Assembly: GCA_002633005.1 (NCBI GenBank)
Contig: NMRA01000025.1
Span: forward strand, 69,757-133,756
Direction: 5' to 3'
From: Phoronis australis
Lineage: Eukaryota; Animalia; Phoronida
Length of the DNA: 64,000 nucleotides
Positions 27,701 to 39,700 of this stretch are shown in pieces. The notes beneath the pieces are model-generated. The model did no database searches, was not told the origin of the DNA, and saw nothing but the letters and a program-made list of their open reading frames with translations. Made by a program: the position numbers and the translations under genes. Numbering within the stretch: position 1 is the first letter of the stretch; each line of letters begins with the position of its first letter.

Positions 27701-30700
27701 CTCTGTCGTCGCTGACCTGTTTTCTTTGCCCTCCTTCTAGATGAGACTGGCGCCAGTCGGCCTCGACAATCTGGTACAGATTGATGCCGAAGCAGCTCAG
27801 AAGACGCATGAGGTGGGCAGTAAGTCAGCGGGTGGCGTCAACCAGGTCGACGTAAATCAGGATGAGACTAAATGGCGTCCTGGGGAGCTGGAGTTTGAGG
27901 CCATGATGAGGTTCATGGACAACTGCGTAAGTGGTCACATAATCTGTTATGGTCACCGCCGGGAAAAAAAACAATCTAGTGGCTGGCCAATCAGCTATGG
28001 GCTGGTGTATTTTTCTGTAACATAACTTGATCTTTTTTGTAGTGTCTACAGATTCTGTTGTTGGATTTAGAGGTCAAGCTAGAGAATGTGTGAGATTGGT
28101 TTTTGAGTTGTTTATTCACCCTAGTCAAATAAAACATAGCTCTAAGTCTGAAGTGTTTTCCCTGCTTTAATAAGGCAAGGTGTTGCTCAAACTGCGACTG
28201 TTCGTTACTTGATAGTAATTGGGTTTTGCACATTATGGTAGCTAATTTGTTTGAGTGAGACATGTGGTCACAAGGATGTTGCACTTTCAATTAAGAGTTG
28301 ATCCTGTAAATTGGTGTTGCAAGTTAAGGCGAGCATAGGCGTTGAAAAGTGAAAATTGTCCAAATTTTGTTAATGGCCATTAAGCTGTACACAAGCATTC
28401 ATGGGCTTACCCTTGGTGAGTATGGTGATTGCAGTACTAAAAAGTGTTAAAGTGAAATGGCTGACACATTGTTAGGACTTTGTAATATAGTGACCAGTCA
28501 TGCCACTCAATTTGTATCATGCCTGTATCTATCGTTTGCAAGTCTGTGCTTCCCAACTATATCATGCTAAAGTTTAAAGAAAACCAAGAATCACAAAACT
28601 CAGCTGTGTGATTCAGTGCTAGTTGTACACCCAGGTCATGTTACCATCTCTGTCATGTCTTTTAAATGTCTGCTATCTTCAGAGTTGTGGAACTATGTTT
28701 CTTCTCGTCAACAGGGCTACAAGACAGGTCACCTATACAGGCAGCCGACGATTCGTCGTCCCAAACCTCAGAAAGAACGTGCTACTAATGAGGTGGAGAT
28801 TCCTCCGATTTCTTCGTCGTTCATGGCTGACGAAGAAAGGGATGGAAAGTATGGGTGTGTGTCTTAACTAATTTTCTTGTTTCCTCTAACTTACTGTATT
28901 CTGTTGTTGATTCCTTCATGTGTAAGCTCGTTTGATGTTTCTACCTGAAGTGTGTCTGCTTTGACTGTGTGCGTGTGTGTGACTCAAATGCTAAATAACA
29001 TGTTCGCCTCTCGTTTTTCTTCTTTTAACATTTGATTTTTCGCTTGAACTTTACTTTTCTTGTCTTGAAGTATAATCTACAAAGTTGACCGCTCCTCGTA
29101 ATTACGGACAAAATATAAAAGTACGGAGATAGAATAATAGTTAAAAGGACAAATCCCCTTAAAGGCGAAGGCAACCTTTTTTCATGTCACTTTTAGCAAA
29201 AATAAGGTTCGTTGATTATCCCAGACACATTTTTTCACTTAATTACAGCTTTTCGTAATTTGATTAATTTCTCGTCCTCTACTCCGGAAGTGACATTTTG
29301 GGAGGCAAGAGTTTCGCGCCAATTTCTTTTCATTATAGTTTGACTGTGAGAGCTGTCGAGTCGGTCATTGTTCTACCTCAATTGTGATAAGTTCAGTCGT
29401 CGTTTGCTTTTGTTTACAAGTCAGTCNTTTTGAAGCGAGAAGCCTCGCGAGCTGTGGCCACTATATACAGTGACTGGAAGCACTTCATCTACTGTTACCC
29501 GTGTCTCCGAACGTACCCCATTGCGTGCAATTCCGGGAACTAGCAGTGATTCGCCCTGTGCTCATCTCTAGCCCAGAGCCTATAAGCAGCCCTGCAGCGA
29601 TGTTGAGTAGTGGGAGTGAATACAGGCCCAGTTCGACACCCAGTGAAGAGGACAGTTCGTCATCCAATGAACAGATCGGTGAGCCTAAGTTTGACAAAAT
29701 TATTGTGGACTTGTATTGGAGCTATTTGGAAGGTGCCAGGTGTGTGGTGCGGGAGTCACATGGCGGGATGTAAGCAGTTTGGGTGCTCAGATGACCCTTC
29801 AGTGGGAGTGTGTCGCGGGACACTCGGGCAAGAGAGACAGTTCTTCCTCTGTACGTGAGACGATAATGAGTACACCCCAGTACGCAACAACAGCGTGGCA
29901 TGTTGACTGACTCGTAAGCAAAAGCAAACGACGATCGAACTTATCACAACCGAGGTAGAACAATGACTGACTAGACTGCTCTNCTGTACGTGAGACGATA
30001 ATGAGTACACCTCAGTATGCAGCAACAGCGTGGCATGTTGACTGACTCGTAAGCAAAAGCAAACGACGACCGAACGTATCACAACCGAGGTAGAACAATG
30101 ACTGACTAGACTGCTCTCACAGTCAGACTATATGAAAAGAAATTGGCGCGAAATTCTTGCCTCCCAAAACGTCACTTCCGGAGTAGACAACGAGTAATTA
30201 ATTAAATTACGAAAAGCAATATATAAGTGAAAAATATGTCTGGGATAATCAACGAACCTTATTTTTGCTAAAAATGACATGAAAAAAGGTTGTCTTCGCC
30301 TTTAAATACTCCAAGTCTGGAAGTAAGCTCTTAAGAAAATGGTCTCATAACTTCCTTTGCCCTGATAGTCATTGGTTTCAAACAGAATAGCGAATCCAGA
30401 GTTCACCTGTGACAATATGAATCAGTGCAGTCTTGGAAAGATAACCAACCCTGTCAAAGCTGTTGAGACCTATTGTGTGGTGCTATAACCTGGTTGATTA
30501 GTTGTGTTTTAGACACTATTAAGGAAACGCCCTTTCAGTGATAAATCTAGTGTTGTGTTAGTAGTTTTCTTAGCAGGACATAATACGGGATGGGTGTTTT
30601 TGACATTCTTAAAATTCAGTGCAGCATGTTGTTTAGCTGGAATATGTTAGAACCCTTGAGGACACCTGGCCTGTTGGAATCATTTTAACCTACTGCATAT

Positions 30701-33700
30701 GCAACCATGTTCTTGGTAAAAACCCAGATACTTTTGTTTTTTGGTACTGAAAGCTTCTGAAATTGATTTCAAATTTTTTAATTTTTGTTTTTTGAGGTTT
30801 GCATGTGACGTCCTCAGGTACTTACTACCAACGTTAAATGTTAGCACATTATTTTGCCTTGAGACAAGATTTTGTGCTGCATGCAACTCATATGTTTGAA
30901 GGTGATTAAAATTTTGATCCTGTGTACAAGTTTGATTTCCTTAGCTGTGGTTATATTTCCTATTGTATACAAATCGGTATCAAAACTTGATAGATCTCTT
31001 AAGGTGGTTGTATGCTTTTTACAGCTTTGATTTCTGTGATTGATACCAGCTTGTATGGAATTTGGGTCCAAAGGTTCTCGCTACTAGTTTGTATGGGATA
31101 TGAATCGAGTGTTCTAAGCTCTGCACAAACTAAATTCCTGTTGATTAATACTATCTTGTATGCAGTGTAGCTACCTACAGGGATATTCTTGGACTGCGCC
31201 TTTGCGCCATTGGCACATAAAAAATAAAACGGCGCAAGCATGTTGCAGCGGTGCACTCCCCGGGCGCCTCTTTTAAAATACAACACTCTAACAAAAATAC
31301 AAGATTCTAGTCAATTTACAGTCAATCGGGTAAAAGACGACTGTTCTTATTTTGGTTGCCCTTGGGGTTTCTGTTTCATATGTTACCACTTTGATTGCTC
31401 TAAGTCTGCTGGGCACACCTTTTAGAAAAAAAGGCACGCTTTTTATCATCAGGTGCGCCCAAAGGGCACAGGTTCAAACCTGGTCAGGAATATCCCTGTA
31501 CCTATGGTTGTTCTTAGTTGTGTACAGTTGAGACTTCTGTGACTGATACTGTCTTACACGCAAGTTATGTGCAGCTTAGACCCTCACAATAGTCAATTAG
31601 GGCTCAAGCTTTTTCAGATCCAGCTGTTGCCTGTAATTCATGTGTGAAAGCTGGTTCTCAAAATGCGGGACTATTACTTAGGTGCCTGTAGTTGATAACA
31701 TGTTGTACGCGACGTAGAACTCTAAGGTTGTTTATGACATAGATTCCTGTATATGATACTAGCGTGCATTATATTGCAGCACTCCTGTAAAGCAAGCCAT
31801 GATGAAGCAACAAAAGAAGACATGGCTGAACTCTCCCAACACATACCTGAAGCAAGAGATCGACGAAATTGGCACAGACTCTCCCAAAAAGATCACAAAG
31901 GCATGTTGTCATGTATTAGTGATGTCAACAACTTCAAGCCAAGGGGCACTTGTTATAAGCCTTTATCGCCGGCTTGCCAAATACTTTATTTTTAAGCTAT
32001 CTTTACATATTTGGTACTGGAAATGTGTTTTCATTGTCTGGTGTGGATGTTTGTTCAGTATAATGGCTTCTCTAGGTTAAGAAAGGGGTAAGGCAAGAAA
32101 ATGATGGTGATTTAACACTATTGTGAATCTTGCAAGGAGCAGTTTATAATTTGTCATCGAGCAAATACGAGTATATACTTGAATAATGACACATAAATCA
32201 CAACCAGTGTTTTAATCACTTATTAAATTGGTAGTTTCATCCTAGTAGCTTTGGCTTCACCATTCTCAAGGGTGATGATGTTATGGTTACGTAGCACCTT
32301 ATCCACAAATCTGCACATTTAGCAAAAAAACGTAGGAAACTAAAGATTTAAACTTGGCAAAAGTATATATTTTCTGAAAGTAGAAAGTCTGTAAATTTTG
32401 ATTTTGCAGTAAGATTTAGTAAAAAAGACAGGAATAATGTAGCAAGACAGTGGTGTCAATAACATCATCAGATTTTATTTGATGTAAATGTTAGAAGTGA
32501 GATACCAAACGTACTGTAAACAGTTTTCCAAAATATTCATTTTATGCAACTTTTAAGATTTTCATGAAAATCATAACAGTCTTCTTTTTGGTTGGGCCTC
32601 GTGCAAAAGTGGAACATTTGAAAAACAATTCCTCTCAAACACTGCATAAAGCACAGTGTCTGAAAGTTTCACACCAGTCCGATAGCCATTTCTAAAATAT
32701 GATGTTCCGTAGTCAGCCAAACTTGGCCATTTATACAGGGTTCTGCATAACCTCAAGTCTGCTCCAAACCTTCACCAGCATTACAAGTTGATGTACAGAG
32801 AAGTCACGGACTTATTTACCGTTTTTTCTTTACAGTGGGTTGAGGATGGTAGTGGCCGGCATGAAATGTTGGCTACAGAGGATCCCAACCTGTTCGCACC
32901 CCAGGGAGACAACCCTAAAGAACTGAAACAGAAAACAAAGGAGGTGAGTGGCCGACCTGTGAGCCGGTTTTAAAGTAACCAATAAGAAGTAATGAGGGAG
33001 TGGCTGTTCTTTGGCTTCTGGTCAAATCATTGGCCAAGTACGTGAAATCAAACCACGAATGACACTTGGTGTTATATTGCTTCTGTGTTGGTAAAAATGC
33101 TAAGAATTTTGTAGAAGTACTGTCAACCATTTCATGATTCACAAAACACTGAAACAAGTCTCTAAACCAAGATCTAAAAGTGGAGAAGACTCCTAACATC
33201 AAAGTTCGTATGTGTGACCATTGGATTAACAATTCGTTGACAGTTTTGGAAATGTTTTGTACTATTTTGAGTTAGCATGTGCAAATTTAATGGTACTTTA
33301 AGGGTCCAAGATTTGTATTGTAATTAACAATACTGATGAATCAAGTTGTACTTGACCTTTGTGCTTCAAGATCAAACAACTCAAATAAGACTATGTTTAT
33401 TCACGCTCTCAGACACAAATAGCAAGATTACATTAAATTGTTTTCTTTGCCAGAGATAAAAGTTACAAATTGGATCATTTTTTTGCCAGGGATAATTGAG
33501 ATTAACATTCATAGCATTCTGAATCTTGTGTCGGTAGATCAAGAAAGGTTACTTTGAAAACAAGAAATCTGCTGGCCCTCAGTCGAAGATCCTGGAAGGC
33601 ATGACATGGGATGAGGCCGGCAAGACTATGGTAGGTACTCTCAGTTGCACAGCAAAACAGTTAAGAAATTTGCGTTTTGATTTTACACACATATGAAATC

Positions 33701-36700
33701 GTTATATCCAGTAAGCAGACCTGTGTATCATACACAAAAAATGCGGATTCGTTTGGAAATCAAGCCTCCAGTACGCAAGTACGCACGGCCAGGCAAAAAT
33801 ATGTAATTCAGCAAATTCAAAAGAGATTAATTCGCTTGTTTCTCAATAAATACCCCGATTTGTAGTCGAAACGGACGAGGAAGAAGATTTTTAAGTTGGA
33901 AATTAAAAAAAATATTGTAAAATCATTATTTTAGCCAAAAAGTTGAGGTACAAACTCGGAAAACTTGCTTCATTTCATTCTCGAAATCGCCTGATAATCA
34001 GCCCGCGAGGCCTCTTCTATCGGTATGTGTGTCACAGGCCTAACCTATAAGCAACGACTTCTGTGATTTGTGGATTGCTTACTTCATCTAATTCTGGCTA
34101 TTTACGGCTAAATACGTACTGTTGACAAAATGGCAAAGCATGAGTGGTCGCATATTCCGAGCTGTGAAGAAAGTAGCTTCTGAAAGAAAGGAACATCTGT
34201 TTTTCCCACTTTATTCCAAAGAACAAAAATGTCTTATTCAAGGGACCATGGAATTTATACTCCAAGTTGTATAGCGTGTTGTTTTTTTGTGGACATAGTG
34301 ACTGCACTGACTTCGTAGCATGTTGAGCTGACGATAATACTCGAACCACAGTCGAGCCTCAGGGTCTTTTCGCATGCAGTACGGTGGTATGTGTTCACAG
34401 ACACTTGCAATAATGATTATTCGAAACTTTGTGAACAGTTAAAAAATATCGTCTGGCGCAAAACATTGTCCAGTGCAGATTCATCAACATATTTTTGCAG
34501 ATCTATATGTTTTTGTGGTAAGAAATGAGGTGTACATTTGGCATATATTAACATAACTAAGTTCAGTAAGGACATTTTCTATTGGTTAAGAGGATCTTCA
34601 CTAAGCGCGTTGTCCCTCAACTAAACAACTTAAATTATTCTGAAAATTGGTGATCAATTCACTACGTGTATTTTAGAAACTGTTTCAGAGGCAAGTAAGT
34701 AGGAAAAGTACCCATGCGGGTACCCAGGGGGGGTTGAATGAGTCCCCCATTTGGCAAAGTGGGCAAAAGGGTCCTGAGAGAAACCGAAAGTTCGAGAAAA
34801 CGAGACAAAAGAGGAAAGAACTCTGCGAAAGCTCTGAATGTTGAGCAAACTTGTTGTTTTTTTTTAGTTTGTTTTTTCTTAGTGAAAGGTCCACTGCAAA
34901 AAATTCAACCCCCCTACCCCTATATCTTAGAGTGGGTAAATTTGGTCTGTACGCAAAAATCTGTAAATTTACTGAAAAATCTGCAAATCTGATGTTCAGA
35001 GTACTCCAATGCAGTTTTAGTGGTACACAGGTCTGAGTAAGGTGTGAATGTTAATCAGCGAGAAATTTTGTTGGCCAAAAGAGTTGAATGTTGTGTAGTT
35101 TGTGTTGGATGTTTATATCACTCACTTCTTTATGATCGTGTGATCTGTGATAATTTGTAAGTTGTTATATAACCTGTTTGTTTACTAAGCTTGACATAGT
35201 TCACTTTTCGGAATTGTTGTCATGGTTTGAATAAATTCAGATTTGATCCAAGCAACTGCTTGGTCCTCTCTCCTCAGCCATTAAGAGATGTTTGCTCTCC
35301 GGCACTACAGTGCTGATGAAGGTGGCACCATTGAGGCTGATCACCCTAAGTAGTGTTGGATGGTCAAATTTGTCAAACACCTCAAACCATTCTTGACAAA
35401 ACAAGCTGGCCATGTCCAGAAATGGGCAACTCTAGCCAAAAATCTCTTGGACGCGACACCATCTAGGTATATTGACAGAGATTATACAGTGCAAGTATTC
35501 AGACAAAATGATTCGGAATTGCCCGTTGTCATGACAGCTGGGAAGAAGCCATATTTATCATCACAGTAGACTTCCCTCATGGGGAATTAAGGTGCCAAAG
35601 CCAATCTGTAATTAAAATGTTGACACTCGACTAATTATTACAAGTCATTTTTAGTGTGAACGGAGCTAGCCATTATGACAGTTAAATGGTATTTCATCTG
35701 ATTGCTGTACAGGTCTTGGGCAGTCCCCACTCGTTTTTTCCCCATTTTCGATGTGTGCTAATAACCAGCCTGGTGTGACAGTGTGCTTAGTCTAATCCCA
35801 TTGTTTACTCTCACTAGGATGGCAATCGAACCACAGAGACTGTGGTGGTGGTAGGTGCTGTCTCCAAAGGCATTATTAAGCGTGACCATCAACACAATGT
35901 GGCCGTCTACAAACAGACGTACGCGTCTAACCCGTTTGACAACATGAACCCCGAAGAGGTCCAGGCTTACAAGGAGGCCGTGGAACGGAAACAGCGCGGC
36001 GAAGGTAGGTAGCGACATCTTTAGGAAAAGGTTAGGAACTGTTGTAGCTATACGTTAATCTTTTACATGTTTTTGTCAGCAAGGTGTATTTTTGAGAGAC
36101 CCAAAAGTATGAGTTGTTAGCCATATTATGAAGTGTCCGTAGTCAGATACATTTGATGCGCTTGATATGTTTTCTCAGTTGCTCAGGTGAGAGCTCCTGC
36201 TTCAAATGCATGCCAATGTTGGTTTGATTTCCATGTTGGGACGGTTTTATTGTTAGCTTATTGAGTTTCCTAGAAAAATTCTCTAATCGATCCATAGTTA
36301 GAATGCTTGAATGTTAGATGGACGAAGCCATCTTCAAGGAATAACTGAAAATAGATCACAGATCCCAACTAAACTCTCTGAATATAAAGACGAGTGTGTG
36401 TTGTGGAACGCTATTTAATTCTTGGTGAAATAAGCACAGAACAGGTTTTGATGTTTTTTAAACCGACCGTTTTACCGTTTTACGTTTGGCTCTAGTTAAA
36501 GTTGTGTTGCGCCCTGTTTAGGTGGCTTAAAAAAGGAAAATTGAGTTGTACCTTTTACTCTGATGACATCGGTCTCATAACACTGCAATAGGATTCAGTT
36601 TGCATAACCAGCAGGGACATCACAATTATGAATGACTCAAGAAAATGATTCAGAGTTTATTAGGGTTGGCCAACCCTCAATTTGTGAATTGGAAAATGGG

Positions 36701-39700
36701 GCTTGTATGCATTGCTTGTGACTTGAGTTGGTAACAGAAGTAGAGTCTTAACAATGGAATCTTTCATGTCATGCTCAAGTGGGTAAGCTCTGGTGGCCGG
36801 TTACAGATTGACTAGTTGTGGTCTTGAATGGAATGTAATACATAATCCAGTGACTTTGGTTTTATTTTTCTTTAAAAAGAACTTATTAGTTTAACAGAAT
36901 TGATGTGCTTGGTGTGACCTGAGCACATGTTGACAGGGTTAAAGGACATTTTGGTATTCGGCTGTCTTAGTTTTTGGCCTTAAAAGATTTTGTCATACAT
37001 GTCCGATGTGTGTTTGAAGTTCTAAATTTGTGTTGCCAGGTGATGCTGGCCCAGATGCTGTAGAGCCCGACCAACCAGCCAGCCCTGTGACTAGCGATGC
37101 ATCACCTGGTAAGTAGACAGGTGTTCTCACCTCACACCCCTGAATATATCCCCTCATGATATCTGGTTTTTGTTTTGCTGCTGTTGTTGTTGTTGTCGTC
37201 GTTGTTGTTGTTGTACTTATACATGTATTTATGATGTCTTCATCAACCAGGGCAGTCTGCATTACATGTATTTAAATATGTATAAAGTCTACTTGCTGAA
37301 AATTCTGAACACTTTTCAGGGTATCCCTGAGATGATTTTTTAAGAAAATAGTAGACAGTTGGTTTGCTTGCTGGCTAACATGCCTGTTAAGACACAAATA
37401 CTGTAGCTGATTATTCAAAACTAATACAGCAGACATACTACTCTATTAACCTAATTAACGGCTCGACCTAGTTTGTTTAACATCGATATAGTGTCACTGT
37501 ATAATTAGTTGTGGATAAAATCCCCATAAACCTTTTTAATGTTGTCAACTTTTCTTCACTAATCGCTGTCTTCTTTAATTAACCTCTTATTTTGTTAATT
37601 GTCATTTCGTCTTAACTTCATTGTCTTGAAGTTTTGTTTTAACCTCGATGTTTCACATGGAAGATTTGAATTTCACATGCGTTTCACAGTTCTTTTCACA
37701 TTTCACCTGTAGTTTTCCTATCTTTTCGTTTGCATGTGTGTATTCTACTGCGCGTTTGTTTTTCAAGTACTTCGTCAACGTCAATCTGCCGTAGAGACGT
37801 CAGTCGACGACATCGAGCCACAGCAGAATGAACCGAGCTCACCAGGTTTGTAGATTTCCCAATAGAAGGCTCCCATGTTGGATTGTTTACAACACAAGTC
37901 CTCAAATCCCAGAAAGTGTTAGGCTTTTGCGGGAACACCATTATGGTTTATTTGTATTTTCTGTCTACTTGTCACGGTGAATCCACAAAATTTTTACATG
38001 AGTTCATTTTTGCAACATCGGCATTTTATATTTTCAAACTTGAAAATGTGACTGCCATTAAAGCTATTTATAAAGCTATTTATAGCTACATTATTCCAGA
38101 TGTACATGTTGTAAACGATGAATTTACCATGAAAATTACTGTCTTTTCACTTTTGTTTTGATCTTGTGGTAGTGTACATTTCTCCTAATGTGATGTGCGT
38201 TTTCTGTCTGAAGTTTCATGCATTCGTTTTGACCGATCCTTGTGTTACTGTTCTCACCTCACAGATGTGTACTTCTGTGTCATCTCCATTCCCCAGTGTG
38301 TGCAACTTACTTGACTTACTTCAGAATCAAGTGTTATTTAGTGTAGTGCTAGACTAGTGCAGCAGTAGGCCAGTGCAATGCAAAGTCTTGATTTGTCTTC
38401 TAGGCAAAATTGGGTAGTCTTTAAGATTAAAGTGCCTTATTGGTATTGATTTCTAAATTTAACTGATTGCTTTTGCAAATTCAAAATCCTGACATTGTTT
38501 TCTTTATGTTGGAAAAACAGGAATGAATCATTTAAAAGTGATACTGTCATTTGTTTACATTTTCACCAAAAACTATTAAAATTGATATTTGTAATTGCTT
38601 TGTGTCTCCTGAATTTGTTTTCTTTTCTGTCATGTTGTCCAACCCTTTTCTTGTCTGTCCATAGTTGGAACACTGTCAAGTGTTTGTATTTTGTCTGTAG
38701 TTCATCGCGTAACTAGAACGTCGTCTGGTATTGAAACCAACATCGATGACGTAATCAACGAGTCCGTTGAGACCAGCACGCCTGGTGGGTAAACCAATAA
38801 ATGAGTGTGCAGTGCTGTCGACTGGACTAGCTAATTATCATCCTCTCTTCTTGCTTTTTGTTCTTTTCTGGCTGCTGTGGAAATTACTTCCATCTTAAGT
38901 TTCGGTCTTTTGTCCTTTGCCGGTGATGCCTTGTTGCTATTCATTAACCGTGGTCCATGGTTACTTTTCACAGATCTTCATTAAACCTATTGTGTCAGCC
39001 ACTGTATGGCTATGTCACTGATAGAAACTTGAAATTCATTGAAGGGTATCTGGTGACGATTCTTTGGTAAAGACCATTCCCTTTAGTTTGACACACTGGC
39101 ACTTGTCAGATAAAGATGGAATTTTAATAAAAATAATTTCGCTTGTATGAATTTTATTTTGCAAAAACCACGCGCTCTCATTTGTTTCAAAATCACAGAC
39201 ATGGCCACATTCTTTTTGGAAAATGGGATCTTTTGATTCTCTAATTAGGTAATTTTTACCAGCTAGATATTCAATTCAACTTCTTGTTTTTATACTCAGA
39301 ATTAATTGAGTTTTTAGCATGGCTTCTTGATGGGAGTTGAAAATTTGCATGTCATCCTTTAAGGAGAAGGGTGTATTAAACTCGTGGTCAGAGCTGTCTT
39401 CTGTCTGTGTCTGGTTGCAACATTCAGTAACCAGTGGAAATGAGATATGTTCATTTTGAATCTTCCTAAAAACATACTTGGACAGCAGGCGAGTCTATTT
39501 AAGATGGTCAGTGCAGTAATTGCATTGACTCTTCCCAACTGTGGTGGGTTATAGCGGTAGGTGGTGTTACTAGTGCGGTAGTATAGTGCCTCTGTGATGA
39601 GCCTAAATCTGTGGTATGACAGGTAGGTACATTTTGTTAATGTTAACGTATCGAGGTAATACTGTGAATTTGTATGGCATTTACTAAGTGCCAGTAGCAT

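Noticed and set aside
29849-30117. 134-bp tandem duplication inside the Kolobok-like element
   Set aside because: The two slightly different copies are separated by a single N at 29983. This is typical of overlapping contig ends or two haplotypes joined at a gap, so it is likely an assembly artefact.
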